Part shown: one piece after another, positions 9,166-19,274 of the stretch | Position numbering within the stretch: position 1 is the first letter of the stretch | How the letters are laid out: each line of letters begins with the position of its first letter | Source of the DNA: a virus | Taxonomy: Duplodnaviria; Caudoviricetes | Virus record (IMG/VR): IMGVR_UViG_3300020379_000976 | Span: 1-50,307 of that record | Length of the DNA stretch: 50,307 bases | Direction: 5' to 3' (one strand) | Position numbers and translations under genes: made by a program | Notes under the pieces: generated by a model | What the model saw: only the letters and a program-made list of their open reading frames with translations | Told to the model about the DNA's origin: nothing | The model's database searches: none

Positions 9166-11526
9166 ATGGCAGAAGCTACAGGATATACAACTCAATTTCC
9201 CAGCCAATCGGTTGATGATGCTACAAAAAATAGCGAAAAATACGGATTGGAAGTGGCTAGAGGTATAAAAAATGAGTGGTTTAGAAAAAGCGCCGGAACA
9301 GGTAGATTTCTTCAAAACCAACGAGAATTCCATAGACTAAAATTATATGCTAGAGGTGAACAATCAACACAAAAATATAAAGATGAATTTTCTATAAATG
9401 GCGATTTATCTTATTTAAATCTTGACTGGAAACCAGTACCTATAATTCCAAAATTTGTTGATATAGTTGTAAATGGTATGCAAGATAGACTATTTACAAT
9501 TAAAACATTTGCACAAGATCCATCATCTACTAAAAAAAGAACTGATTTTGTAGAAATGATGCTAGAAGATATGAATACACAAGACTTTATTAAAGAAGTT
9601 GATTCAAAACTAGGATTAAATGTAGAAAATTTTTCTGAAATGCAAATACCTGAAAGTGATGAAGAATTAGAACTTCATATGCAAATAGGGTACAAACAAT
9701 CTATTGAACTTGCTCATGAACAAGCTATTGATAATATTTTTAAAAGAAATAGTTACTACGAACTTAAAAAACGTTTAGATTATGACCAAACTGTTTTGGG
9801 TATATCTTGTGCTAAGCACACTTTTAATAATACTGATGGTATTAAACTCGAATACGTAGATCCAGCTAATTTAGTATATTCATATACAGAAGATCCTAAT
9901 TTTCAAGATGTATATTATTTTGGCGAAATAAAACAAATAAAATCTAACGAACTTAAAAAACAATTTCCTGGTTTATCAGATGAAGAGTTTGAGGATTGTA
10001 TAAAAAGATCTGGTAAAACTAATCAATACGATTATACTAATAATGATTCAAATGATTCTTATGATTCTAATACATTAACAGTATTATATTTTAACTGGAA
10101 ATCCTGGGAACAAAGTGTTTTTAAAATAAAAGAAACATCTTCTGGTGCTAAAAAAGCAATTAAAAAAGATGATAAGTTTAATCCACCTAAAGATCAAAGA
10201 ACAAGATTTGAAAGAGTAGCACAAGCAAGAGAAGTTATATATGAAGGTGTTATGGTTTTAGGCGCTAATAAACTTTTAAAATGGCAGAAAGCTGAGAACA
10301 TGGTTAGGCCTGATTCAAATGTTAATACAGTCATGATGAACTATGTTGTTAGTGCACCTAGATTTTATAAAGGAAAAATTGAAAGCTTAGTTAGTAGAAT
10401 GGTTACATATGCTGACTTGATACAACTAACTCATTTAAAATTACAACAAGTAGTACAAAGAATGACACCATCTGGTGTATTTGTAGATGCAGATGGATTA
10501 TCTGAAATAGATTTAGGCAATGGTACAAATTATAATCCACAAGAAGCATTAAATTTATATTTTCAAACTGGATCTATTATAGGTCGCTCAATGACTGTAG
10601 ATGGAGATATGAACCCCGGTAAAGTTCCTATTCAAGAATTACCTGGTGGGGGAGGACAACAATCTACACTTTTAATTCAAACATATAATTATTATTTAAA
10701 TATGATAAGAGATGTTACCGGATTAAATGAAGCAAGAGATGGGTCAGATCCAGATCCTCACGCTTTAGTAGGGGTACAAAAACTAGCGGCTGCAAATTCT
10801 AATACAGCCACAAGACATATACTGCATAGCTCAATGTATATAACTAGCGAATTAGCAGAAGCAATATCTATAAGATTAAAAGATGTGCTTACTTATCATC
10901 CACAAAGAGATGTATTTGTTAAAAGTTTAGGTAGATTTACAGTGGGAGCATTAAAAGAATTAGAAAATGTGCATTTGCATGATTTTGGTGTATTTATTGA
11001 GTTAGACCCTGATGAAGAAGAAAAACAATTAGTTGAAAACAATATACAAATAGCTTTATCAAAAGATCAAATACATTTAGAAGACGTAATAGATATTAGA
11101 TCAATAAAAAATATAAAGTTAGCTAATCAATTATTAAAGTATAGAAGAGCTAGAAAAGCTGCTGCAGATCAAATGAAAGCAGAAAGAAATATTGCTGCTC
11201 AATCGCAAGCTAATGCACAAGCAGCACAAGCCGCTGAACTTGCAAAAGCTCAAGCTGAAAGTGTAAAAGTTGAATCAAGAATGAAGCTTCAGGAAGCACA
11301 GAAAAACTTTGATATACAAAAACTTGAAACAGAAGCTAGAACAAAAAAAGAGTTAATGCAATTTGAGTTTGATTTAAACATGAAATTAAAACAAATGGAG
11401 TTAGATTCAAAAGAAAAAATGGAACTTAGTAAACCTGTACGAAGTGCAAAACCTTCTAAGCCATTTGAATCTAAAGGTAACGATGTTTTAGGTGGAATTG
11501 ATCTTTCAAGATTTGAACCTAAATAA
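9166..11526 (+). CDS. Portal protein
   Basis: Follows TerL; 786 aa; W.PVPIIPKFVDIVVNG and IRDVTGLNEARDG motifs; coiled-coil C-terminal barrel. Confidence 0.85.
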   Translation: MAEATGYTTQFPSQSVDDATKNSEKYGLEVARGIKNEWFRKSAGTGRFLQNQREFHRLKLYARGEQSTQKYKDEFSINGDLSYLNLDWKPVPIIPKFVDIVVNGMQDRLFTIKTFAQDPSSTKKRTDFVEMMLEDMNTQDFIKEVDSKLGLNVENFSEMQIPESDEELELHMQIGYKQSIELAHEQAIDNIFKRNSYYELKKRLDYDQTVLGISCAKHTFNNTDGIKLEYVDPANLVYSYTEDPNFQDVYYFGEIKQIKSNELKKQFPGLSDEEFEDCIKRSGKTNQYDYTNNDSNDSYDSNTLTVLYFNWKSWEQSVFKIKETSSGAKKAIKKDDKFNPPKDQRTRFERVAQAREVIYEGVMVLGANKLLKWQKAENMVRPDSNVNTVMMNYVVSAPRFYKGKIESLVSRMVTYADLIQLTHLKLQQVVQRMTPSGVFVDADGLSEIDLGNGTNYNPQEALNLYFQTGSIIGRSMTVDGDMNPGKVPIQELPGGGGQQSTLLIQTYNYYLNMIRDVTGLNEARDGSDPDPHALVGVQKLAAANSNTATRHILHSSMYITSELAEAISIRLKDVLTYHPQRDVFVKSLGRFTVGALKELENVHLHDFGVFIELDPDEEEKQLVENNIQIALSKDQIHLEDVIDIRSIKNIKLANQLLKYRRARKAAADQMKAERNIAAQSQANAQAAQAAELAKAQAESVKVESRMKLQEAQKNFDIQKLETEARTKKELMQFEFDLNMKLKQMELDSKEKMELSKPVRSAKPSKPFESKGNDVLGGIDLSRFEPK

Positions 11527-11554
11527 ATTTTAAATTATTATATATTATTAAATT

Positions 11555-12832
11555 ATGGAAAAGTGGAAAGTAAAAGGAATCGTAACAGACGAACCAAAAT
11601 CTAAACAACAAACAGAACAAGCTGTTTTAGATAAAGCTGTAGAAAAAGGTGAAATTGAACCAGAAGCTGCAGGTAAAAAAGATAACGACGTTATAAAAGT
11701 AGATTTAGATAAATTAAAAAATAAAGAAAAAGATGCCGTTCAGAAGCAAAGCACAGATGAGGTACCTGTACGCGACGGATCCGAAACTAGCAAAGAAGTT
11801 CAAAAGGAAAACAAAGAAGAAGTTAAAGAATCTGCCGGAGAAAATAAACAAGAAGAAAACAATAAAAGTAACAAAGAAGAACAAAGGGAAGAAATAGATT
11901 CACCTATTGAACTTATACAAGAAGAAGAAAATAAACAGCCTGAAAAAAGTAATCAACCTAAAATTGATGAAAGAGCGGCTGAAGTAAATAAAAAATCTGA
12001 ACCAAAAGAACCTGAAATAAACTTACCAGAAAATGTTGATAAACTAGTAAAGTTTATGGATGAAACTGGAGGTTCAATTGAAGATTATGTAGCTCTTAAT
12101 AAAGATATATCTAGTTTAAAAGACGGAGAACTATTAAGAGAGTATTATACAAAATCTAAACCATGGGAACAATCTGAAATATCAGAATATATGGAAGATA
12201 ATTTTTCATATACTGAAGAGGATGACCCAAAAGAAATACGTGCTAAAAAGCGCGCATACAAAGAAGAAATACATAAAGCTCGACAGTTTTTTACTATTAA
12301 TAGGGATAAATATTATGCTGACATCAAGTTGAATAAGCAAAATGAAATACCTGAACAATATCAAAATGCTTTGAAGTTTTATGAAGATTCAAAAAGGAAC
12401 GAAGAAGTAAACAAAGAAATAACAAATAAATTTTTACAAAGAACAGAAAATGTTTTTAATAACGACTTTAAAGGATTTGATTTTCAAGTTGGAAATAATA
12501 AATATAGATATAAAGTTAATAACGTTACAGAAACAAGAAATGCTCAATCTAATCTTGCAAATTTTGTAAATCAATTTTTAAATGATAAAGGAGATTTAGA
12601 AAATGCAAGTGGTTATCATAAAGCTTTATTTACTGCAAGAAATGCAGATAAAATAGCTCAGCATTTTTATGAGCAGGGCCGTGCCGATGCTTTACAACAA
12701 AATGCAAAAGAAGCTAAAAATATAAATATGGAACCAAGAAAAGAAGGATTTATTCAAACCAAATCCGGACAAAAATTTAGAGTTGTTTCAGGTAATTCTA
12801 GTTCAAAACTTAGAGTAAACTTAAAACAATAA
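11555..12832 (+). CDS. Putative capsid scaffolding/assembly protein
   Basis: Acidic low-complexity N-half, between portal and MCP; HFYEQG.ADA motif. Confidence 0.65.
   Translation: MEKWKVKGIVTDEPKSKQQTEQAVLDKAVEKGEIEPEAAGKKDNDVIKVDLDKLKNKEKDAVQKQSTDEVPVRDGSETSKEVQKENKEEVKESAGENKQEENNKSNKEEQREEIDSPIELIQEEENKQPEKSNQPKIDERAAEVNKKSEPKEPEINLPENVDKLVKFMDETGGSIEDYVALNKDISSLKDGELLREYYTKSKPWEQSEISEYMEDNFSYTEEDDPKEIRAKKRAYKEEIHKARQFFTINRDKYYADIKLNKQNEIPEQYQNALKFYEDSKRNEEVNKEITNKFLQRTENVFNNDFKGFDFQVGNNKYRYKVNNVTETRNAQSNLANFVNQFLNDKGDLENASGYHKALFTARNADKIAQHFYEQGRADALQQNAKEAKNINMEPRKEGFIQTKSGQKFRVVSGNSSSKLRVNLKQ
11733..11897 (+). CDS. Nested +1-frame small basic protein (54 aa)
   Basis: Own translation MPFRSKAQMRYLYATDPKLAKKFKRKTKKKLKNLPEKINKKKTIKVTKKNKGKK; resembles small phage proteins of the MPFKS.AQ.RY.YA..P.LA...LPE type; local GC rise starts at the ATG. 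Confidence 0.75.
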   Translation: MPFRSKAQMRYLYATDPKLAKKFKRKTKKKLKNLPEKINKKKTIKVTKKNKGKK

Positions 12833-12845
12833 AAATTTATAAAAA

Positions 12846-14261
12846 ATGGGAAGTCTTTCACAAGGAATAGAACACTTAACACCTTCGCCTAGCAAAGGAC
12901 AACTATTCCAAGGTAATTATATTACCAATTTTGATTTTACAAACCAGTTCTTACCTGATGTTTATGAAAAGCAAGCTGAAATTTATGGAAACAGATCTAT
13001 TGGTGGTTTCTTAAAATTAGTATCTGCAGAGATGCCTTCAGCTTCTGATGAAATAAGATGGGTAGAACAAGGTAGATTACATATAGCTTATAACAATGTA
13101 GCTGTATCTGGAAACGTATTTACAGTAACTTTAGCAGCTAATCCTGATGGAACTGCTTATCCCGCTGCTGCTGCTTCTGCAATAAGAGTAGGACAAACAA
13201 TTATGGCCCAAGGGGTTAACAGTGGAGGAGCACTAAACGGTGCTGTATTAAGAGGTGTTGTAACTGTAGCTGGAGCTGCTGCTTCAGGCGATACATCAAC
13301 ATTTACAGCAGTATGTTTAGAAGCAGCTAACTGGGGTACTGTAGCATCTAATCCAAAAGCAAGAGTATTAGTATATGGTTCTGAATTTGCAAAAGGTACA
13401 GACGGAATGACTGGCTCAATTGACGCTAGTTATTCTTCTTATACTAATAAGCCAATGATACTAAAAGATAATTATCAAATCAATGGCTCTGATACTGCAC
13501 AGATAGGATGGATTGAAGTCACTTCTGAAAATGGAGCTTCTGGATATTTATGGTATTTACAATCTGAACACGAAACTCGTCAAAGATTTGAAGATTACTT
13601 AGAAATGTCTATGATAGAGTCTGTTAAAAGTACACAAGCTGCATCACCAGGAGGTGGTACAGAAGGTTTATTTGCTGCATTAACTGGCAGAGGAAATGTT
13701 TATACAGATCTTTCTGGAGATTTAGGCTCAAATATGAATGGTTTTGATACTATATTAAAGCAATTAGATAAAAATGGAGCTGTGGAAGAAAACATGCTGT
13801 ACATTGATAAAACATTATCTTTAGCTATTGATGATGCACTTGCCGCTAAGAACTCTTATGGTACTGGCGGTACTTCTTATGGTGTATTTAATAACAGCGA
13901 AGAAATGGCTTTAAATTTAGGATTCTCAGGATTTAGAAGAGGTGGATATGACTTCTATAAAACTGACTGGAAATATTTAAATGACTTTGGCACAAGAGGC
14001 CAGTTTAATGATGTTGAAGGAGTTTTAATTCCTGCTGGAACTTCTACAGTTTACGATCAAGAATTAGGTCAAAATATTAAAAGACCATTCTTGCACGTAA
14101 GATATAGAGCTTCTGAAACTGATGATAGAAAAATGAAAACTTGGATTACAGGTTCTGTAGGTGGTGCTTATACTACTACTACAGATGAAATGCGAGTTTC
14201 ATTCTTATCTGAAAGATGTTTAATAGTACAAGGAGCTAATAACTTCTTTCTATTAAAATAA
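12846..14261 (+). CDS. Major capsid protein
   Basis: Position, size, strong codon bias; QFLPDVYEK..E.YGNR, W.EQGRLH and FLSERCL.VQGANNF motifs. Confidence 0.85.
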   Translation: MGSLSQGIEHLTPSPSKGQLFQGNYITNFDFTNQFLPDVYEKQAEIYGNRSIGGFLKLVSAEMPSASDEIRWVEQGRLHIAYNNVAVSGNVFTVTLAANPDGTAYPAAAASAIRVGQTIMAQGVNSGGALNGAVLRGVVTVAGAAASGDTSTFTAVCLEAANWGTVASNPKARVLVYGSEFAKGTDGMTGSIDASYSSYTNKPMILKDNYQINGSDTAQIGWIEVTSENGASGYLWYLQSEHETRQRFEDYLEMSMIESVKSTQAASPGGGTEGLFAALTGRGNVYTDLSGDLGSNMNGFDTILKQLDKNGAVEENMLYIDKTLSLAIDDALAAKNSYGTGGTSYGVFNNSEEMALNLGFSGFRRGGYDFYKTDWKYLNDFGTRGQFNDVEGVLIPAGTSTVYDQELGQNIKRPFLHVRYRASETDDRKMKTWITGSVGGAYTTTTDEMRVSFLSERCLIVQGANNFFLLK

Positions 14262-14272
14262 TTATTTTAACG

Positions 14273-14312
14273 TAAAGATGAGGTGTCTTAATGGCACCTC
14301 AATCTTTATTTA
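14273..14312 (+). terminator. Stem-loop after MCP, probable intrinsic terminator
   Basis: taaagat-gaggtgtc-ttaat-ggcacctc-a-atcttta followed by a T-rich tract. Confidence 0.7.
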
Positions 14313-14331
14313 TTTTATTAAATTATATATT

Positions 14332-15051
14332 ATGAAAAATTGGGAAATAAAGGAAAGAACATATAAATTAAAAAATAGTTCTCCTTTAACATATAAAATA
14401 AAAAGCTCTAAAATGCTTTGGTTTGATGAAGACAAAAAAGTTAATAGAGAAATTAGATATGCAAGTAATCAAAAAAGTTTATTTGTAGAAGAACAAGACA
14501 AATATGCACAACTACAACATGTGGTATTTGAAAACGGATTACTTGTTGTTCCAAGAGAAAATCCTTTACTACAACAACTTTTATCGGTATATCATCCAGA
14601 TAAATGGTTATGGGAAGAACTAGATGTAGTTCAAGAAGCTAAAGATGATATTGATATAATTGAATTAGAAATCGAAGCACAACGATTAGTTCAAGAATTA
14701 GAAATAGAACATCTTGAAGCTATACTTAGGACAGAAGTTGGTTCAGATGTAATTAAAATGTCTACAAAAGAAATAAAAAGAGATTGTTATTTATTTGCAA
14801 AAAATAATCCTGAGTTATTTATTGAAGTTGCTAATGATGAAGATATAAAACTTAGAAATCTTGCAAATAGAGCTGTAGAATCACATTTAGTAAATTTAAC
14901 TGATGACAATACAGTATTTAAATGGTCTAAAAATGGTAAAACAATAATGAAAGTACCATTTGATGAACATCCTTATACAGCGTTTGCTCGTTTTCTTAAA
15001 ACAGATAAAGGAGTTGACGTTATGAAAGCTATACAAAAAAAGCTTTCGTAA
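14332..15051 (+). CDS. Conserved phage protein downstream of MCP
   Basis: ORF 14278-15051; true start probably ATG 14332 because the upstream part overlaps the hairpin. Confidence 0.7.
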   Translation: MKNWEIKERTYKLKNSSPLTYKIKSSKMLWFDEDKKVNREIRYASNQKSLFVEEQDKYAQLQHVVFENGLLVVPRENPLLQQLLSVYHPDKWLWEELDVVQEAKDDIDIIELEIEAQRLVQELEIEHLEAILRTEVGSDVIKMSTKEIKRDCYLFAKNNPELFIEVANDEDIKLRNLANRAVESHLVNLTDDNTVFKWSKNGKTIMKVPFDEHPYTAFARFLKTDKGVDVMKAIQKKLS

Positions 15052-15058
15052 AACACCT

Positions 15059-15086
15059 GGCTATGGTTATTTGCTTAGCCATAGCT
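15059..15086 (+). terminator. Intergenic hairpin (terminator or processing site)
   Basis: ggctatggtta-tttgct-tagccatagct inverted repeat; no clear U tract. Confidence 0.5.
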
Positions 15087-15106
15087 AACTAATTAATAAA
15101 TAAATA

Positions 15107-15823
15107 ATGGTACTTACAGATAGTGTTTATAAAACAGTATTAAATATACTAAATAAAGAAAACAGAGGTTATGTAACGCCGGCTGAGTTTAATACTTTAG
15201 CTAAGCAGGCACAGAATGAAATATTTGAAGGTTATTTTTCTTCAAGAAACTATGCTATAACAAACTCTTCTGATTATTCTGATATAAGAAAAAATATAGA
15301 AGAAAAAATAGCTTTATTTGAAAATGAAGAAACAATATCTTCAGCAAGCTTTACAAATGCTGCCGGCAATACAACCGCTAGTTATTATGCTTATCCAAGT
15401 AATTTTTATAGACTTAGTAGTGTGTTTCACATATTAAGTTCTGTAAATATACCTATACAAGAAACAACTAATAAATTATTAAATGTTTTAAATAGGTCAC
15501 CATTAGCAAAACCAACAACTACATCACCGGTATATGTGTTACATGAAAATGGTTTAGTTGTAAATCCTACATCAGGTATATCAAGTATAACAATTAATTA
15601 TATAAGAAAACCAAATGATCCTAATTGGGTTGGTGGTACTGCAGCGGGACAAATTGTTGCAAATACATCGGATAATAACTATAAGAATTTTGAGTTACAT
15701 CCATCTGAGTTTCATGAATTAGTTATTAAAATACTTGCTTATGCAGGAGTTATTATAAGAGCTGCAGATATAACACAAGTAGCTTCAGCAAAAGAACAAC
15801 AAATAATTCAATCTGAACGATAA
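15107..15823 (+). CDS. Putative head-tail adaptor/tail ring protein
   Basis: VY.TVL.ILNKE.RGY.TP.EFN..A.QAQ and Y.RKP.DP.W motifs; position after the capsid genes. Confidence 0.6.
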   Translation: MVLTDSVYKTVLNILNKENRGYVTPAEFNTLAKQAQNEIFEGYFSSRNYAITNSSDYSDIRKNIEEKIALFENEETISSASFTNAAGNTTASYYAYPSNFYRLSSVFHILSSVNIPIQETTNKLLNVLNRSPLAKPTTTSPVYVLHENGLVVNPTSGISSITINYIRKPNDPNWVGGTAAGQIVANTSDNNYKNFELHPSEFHELVIKILAYAGVIIRAADITQVASAKEQQIIQSER

Positions 15824-16773
15824 TGGCAGAAACTAGAAAACAATATACTGGTCAACAGTATTATGCACAACATCAAGGTGATAGTGGTAATATACCGTCT
15901 GATTTTAAAGGGTTAGGTTATTACAGCAGAACTAGTTTAGAGGATATAATTAATAACTTTATAGTTGCTTATATAGGAGAAGATAAAGCTTTACCTAAAA
16001 TACCAAGATATGAATTAGACTTCTGGGCTCAAAGAGCAATGCAAGAATTTAGTTATGATGTATTACATTCTGAAAAAAGCATGGAACTAGATTTAGGTGA
16101 TTCTTTACAATTTCCATTACCACAAGATTATGTAAACTATATTAAAATATCTTGTGTGGGAGTAGATGGTACTAAAAAAACATTATTACCACAAAGAAGA
16201 TCTGGAGATCCTACAGCACCTATACAAGATAATAATAGTAATATTACATTTGATGGACAAGGTAAAATAGTTACAGCATCTAAATCAACTTTAGCAACGC
16301 GTTTTCAAGACGCTAGTAATACAGCAAATACATTACAATCTGCGCAAGACTATTATTATTCAAATTATAATAATGATAATTTTTCATATTTTAATAAAAG
16401 ATATGGTGGAGTGCCTGAAGATATGAATGCGGCTGGAACTTATTTTATAGACCATAAAGCAGGGTTAATTTTTTTTGATGGTTCATTTGCAAATAGAAAT
16501 GAAGACTTAGTTGTATTAGATTATATAAGTGATGGTTTAGATGATAATGCTGATTTAAGTAAAGTGTTTATGCCTAAACTTGCAGAAGATGCAACGTATG
16601 CATACATGTTATATAACTTATCTAAAGTCCGCCCTGCTAGTGCACAACTAGTACCTTTATATAAAAAAGAAGCTACAGCAAAATTAAGAAATACTAAAAT
16701 AAGATTAAGTAATTATAAATTAGAAGAGCTTGCTCAAATACTAAGGGGGAAAAGTAAGTGGATTAAACATTAA
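15823..16773 (+). CDS. Putative tail tubular/ring protein
   Basis: LPQDYVNY.KIS, LDYISDGL and LRGKSKWIKH motifs. Confidence 0.6.
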   Translation: MAETRKQYTGQQYYAQHQGDSGNIPSDFKGLGYYSRTSLEDIINNFIVAYIGEDKALPKIPRYELDFWAQRAMQEFSYDVLHSEKSMELDLGDSLQFPLPQDYVNYIKISCVGVDGTKKTLLPQRRSGDPTAPIQDNNSNITFDGQGKIVTASKSTLATRFQDASNTANTLQSAQDYYYSNYNNDNFSYFNKRYGGVPEDMNAAGTYFIDHKAGLIFFDGSFANRNEDLVVLDYISDGLDDNADLSKVFMPKLAEDATYAYMLYNLSKVRPASAQLVPLYKKEATAKLRNTKIRLSNYKLEELAQILRGKSKWIKH

Positions 16774-16779
16774 AATTAA

Positions 16780-19047
16780 ATGGCACAAAGCAAAAGAAGT
16801 TTTAATCAAGCTAGACTTGAAAGAGATTTAGATGATAGAATAGTACCTAAAGGTACATATAGAGATGCTTTAAATATTAGTATAGACACTTCAGAAGATG
16901 CAAACGTTGGAGTTATAGAAAATTTAAAAGGTAATGAACTTATTGCTAATCAAAGTATAACAGGGCTTTCTTCTTCTTCAAATCCTAATGCAAAAGTTAT
17001 AGGTAGTTATGCTCATCCTGAAGGTAATAGAATATACTATTTTGTTACAGGAGATAAATCAGACGGTATTTTTGAACATAATTTAAAAGATAATACTGTT
17101 AAAACTATTATTATTGATAGTTCTGATTTTATAGCTTCAAGTCCTACAAAAGTTATATTACCTACGTTTGCTTTTTCAGATGCTGTTGTTGTTGCTACTG
17201 TTACTAAAGACGGAACTATTGGTGTATCAGCAACGCTTGGTATTCCTTTTTCTTTAACACCAGATTTTGGAGCTTCTGTTTCAACTAATACAACAAGAAT
17301 AATACAGGTACAAGTTACTGTCCCTACTGGATATTCTAATACAGGTAAATTTGTTACCGGTACAGTTACAGCAACACAAGCAGCAATAGCCGCACCGGTT
17401 GTAAATATATTAGACTGTACTGATATTACAGCTACTAGTGTAACTTTAAATGCTGAATATACAAATGATAGTGCTGGGGTTACAGCAATTGGTTTTTATT
17501 ATAAAGTAAATTCAGGTGGTAGCTCTACGGTAACTAATTTTACAAATGTGCATGTTATTCGATCTTTAAGTGGTAGATCTGCAAATTTATCTTCGGGTGC
17601 ACCGTTATGGACTGATCCTTTTGATGGAGTTGCTGCAAATGATCTTACAGTAAAAGATAAAGATGGTACAACAATTACATCTTCACAATATGATTATCAA
17701 AATTTAGCAGGTCCACAGCCTAACACAATATATTTTAAATCTAGCTTAGGCACAGTAGATCAAGTACATGCTAAATTACCTATAACAGTTTCTCAAACTT
17801 CAACAGGTACTACAGTTTCAAATGCATTAACCGCATCACAAGTGCAGTCTTCAGGAACTAATGCAGCTGTTACGCCTATAACATCACCTTTTTCAAAAGC
17901 TATTACAGGGTTATCAGCTGGTACAACTTATGCTGTTGTTGCATATGCTACAAACAGTGTTGGTACAACATTAAGCAGTATAAAATATTTTACAACAGTT
18001 GCTTCTTCAATTAGAAGACCTTTATCAAATAAATTATATATTTTACCAGTTGCTATAGGTACTGATACAGCTGCTAATCAACCTCACACTGCAATAGGTA
18101 CAGGAGGGCAATCCGGTAATACCGCAGCAGATAATTATTTTTTAAATCAAGCTGCTAGACATTCTAATGGTGAAACTATGTCAAAAAATCCTGGTTATGG
18201 GCCTTTAGCAAAAACAAGTAATAGTGCAGGAGGTGATATTTTTTTCACTATAATATCAGGTGGAACTGGAGATGGTGTATATAATAATATACCAAATATG
18301 ACTAATGGTAGTACTACAGATGTAACTGGTGGGGATCATACTTTTACTAATCCAACAAGTCAACAAAATACATTTAGGGATACACATGCATCTTTTTCTT
18401 TCGTAGGGCCTGCAACACCTCAAATTTTACAAAACTCTATTGGATCGTTTGATCAACCATGGTCTGCTCATTCTATCGATGTTTCTGAAGAAAGTAGCGG
18501 TTTTTATGCTATGACTGTAAGTAGATCTGGATATACTAGCAATACCACACAGTTTAAAATAGGAACAGTTTCTAACGCTGCATTTACATCAACTTTTACT
18601 GCTAATTTTGCAAAAACAGGAACAGGTGCTGTGCCTTTTTTAGCAGCAGGTCGAAATAGTGCTCATGAGTTTAATGTACCGTCTGGATCTGGAACTGCAC
18701 ATAATATTGCAAATGCAGGAGGCTTTGTAATAGGACCTATGGAAGTAGGTTTTAAAGGTGCAGTGGTAATATCATTTGCTAATACAGTAGGGGCAAACGC
18801 TACAGGTTCAGATTCTATTGCAACCAGCGGTGTTAGCTTTACTTCTTTTCCTAGTTTTGATGCATCTAAATTAGATGTTTCTATTTCAGGTAAAACAGTA
18901 GGTGTAGATTATGATTATTATATATTTGATTCGGCGCCTGTAAATTTTGGAACGAATCCTGGTATATTAATTGAATGTGCTCCTAGTGTTTTAAATAGCA
19001 GCACAACTGCCGTAACACATACTGTAAATATAACATATAATTATTAA
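16780..19047 (+). CDS. Tail stabilization protein N-terminal piece fused to FN3-like/adhesin domains
   Basis: DLDDR.VP.G.YRDALNI....SE...VG..EN..GN start; later ITGLSAGTTYAVVAYATNSVGT FN3-like motif. Confidence 0.65.
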   Translation: MAQSKRSFNQARLERDLDDRIVPKGTYRDALNISIDTSEDANVGVIENLKGNELIANQSITGLSSSSNPNAKVIGSYAHPEGNRIYYFVTGDKSDGIFEHNLKDNTVKTIIIDSSDFIASSPTKVILPTFAFSDAVVVATVTKDGTIGVSATLGIPFSLTPDFGASVSTNTTRIIQVQVTVPTGYSNTGKFVTGTVTATQAAIAAPVVNILDCTDITATSVTLNAEYTNDSAGVTAIGFYYKVNSGGSSTVTNFTNVHVIRSLSGRSANLSSGAPLWTDPFDGVAANDLTVKDKDGTTITSSQYDYQNLAGPQPNTIYFKSSLGTVDQVHAKLPITVSQTSTGTTVSNALTASQVQSSGTNAAVTPITSPFSKAITGLSAGTTYAVVAYATNSVGTTLSSIKYFTTVASSIRRPLSNKLYILPVAIGTDTAANQPHTAIGTGGQSGNTAADNYFLNQAARHSNGETMSKNPGYGPLAKTSNSAGGDIFFTIISGGTGDGVYNNIPNMTNGSTTDVTGGDHTFTNPTSQQNTFRDTHASFSFVGPATPQILQNSIGSFDQPWSAHSIDVSEESSGFYAMTVSRSGYTSNTTQFKIGTVSNAAFTSTFTANFAKTGTGAVPFLAAGRNSAHEFNVPSGSGTAHNIANAGGFVIGPMEVGFKGAVVISFANTVGANATGSDSIATSGVSFTSFPSFDASKLDVSISGKTVGVDYDYYIFDSAPVNFGTNPGILIECAPSVLNSSTTAVTHTVNITYNY

Positions 19048-19048
19048 T

Positions 19049-19273
19049 ATGGCTAAAGCTACAATAATACCTAACTCGTATTGTAATTACGAAAAAACTT
19101 TTACTCCAAATAAAAATATTAAAATTAATTCTATTGAAAATCTATATTTATTACCTTTAAATTTTAAAAAAGATGATACAATAGAAGCTGGTACAGAATT
19201 AAAATTTAATATTAACGGATGGGATGATTTTAAAACACAACCTGTCGCTATAATAGATTATACAGAATTATAA
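19049..19273 (+). CDS. Hypothetical protein (74 aa)
   Basis: Fills the gap with 1-nt spacers on both sides. Confidence 0.6.
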   Translation: MAKATIIPNSYCNYEKTFTPNKNIKINSIENLYLLPLNFKKDDTIEAGTELKFNINGWDDFKTQPVAIIDYTEL

Positions 19274-19274
19274 T

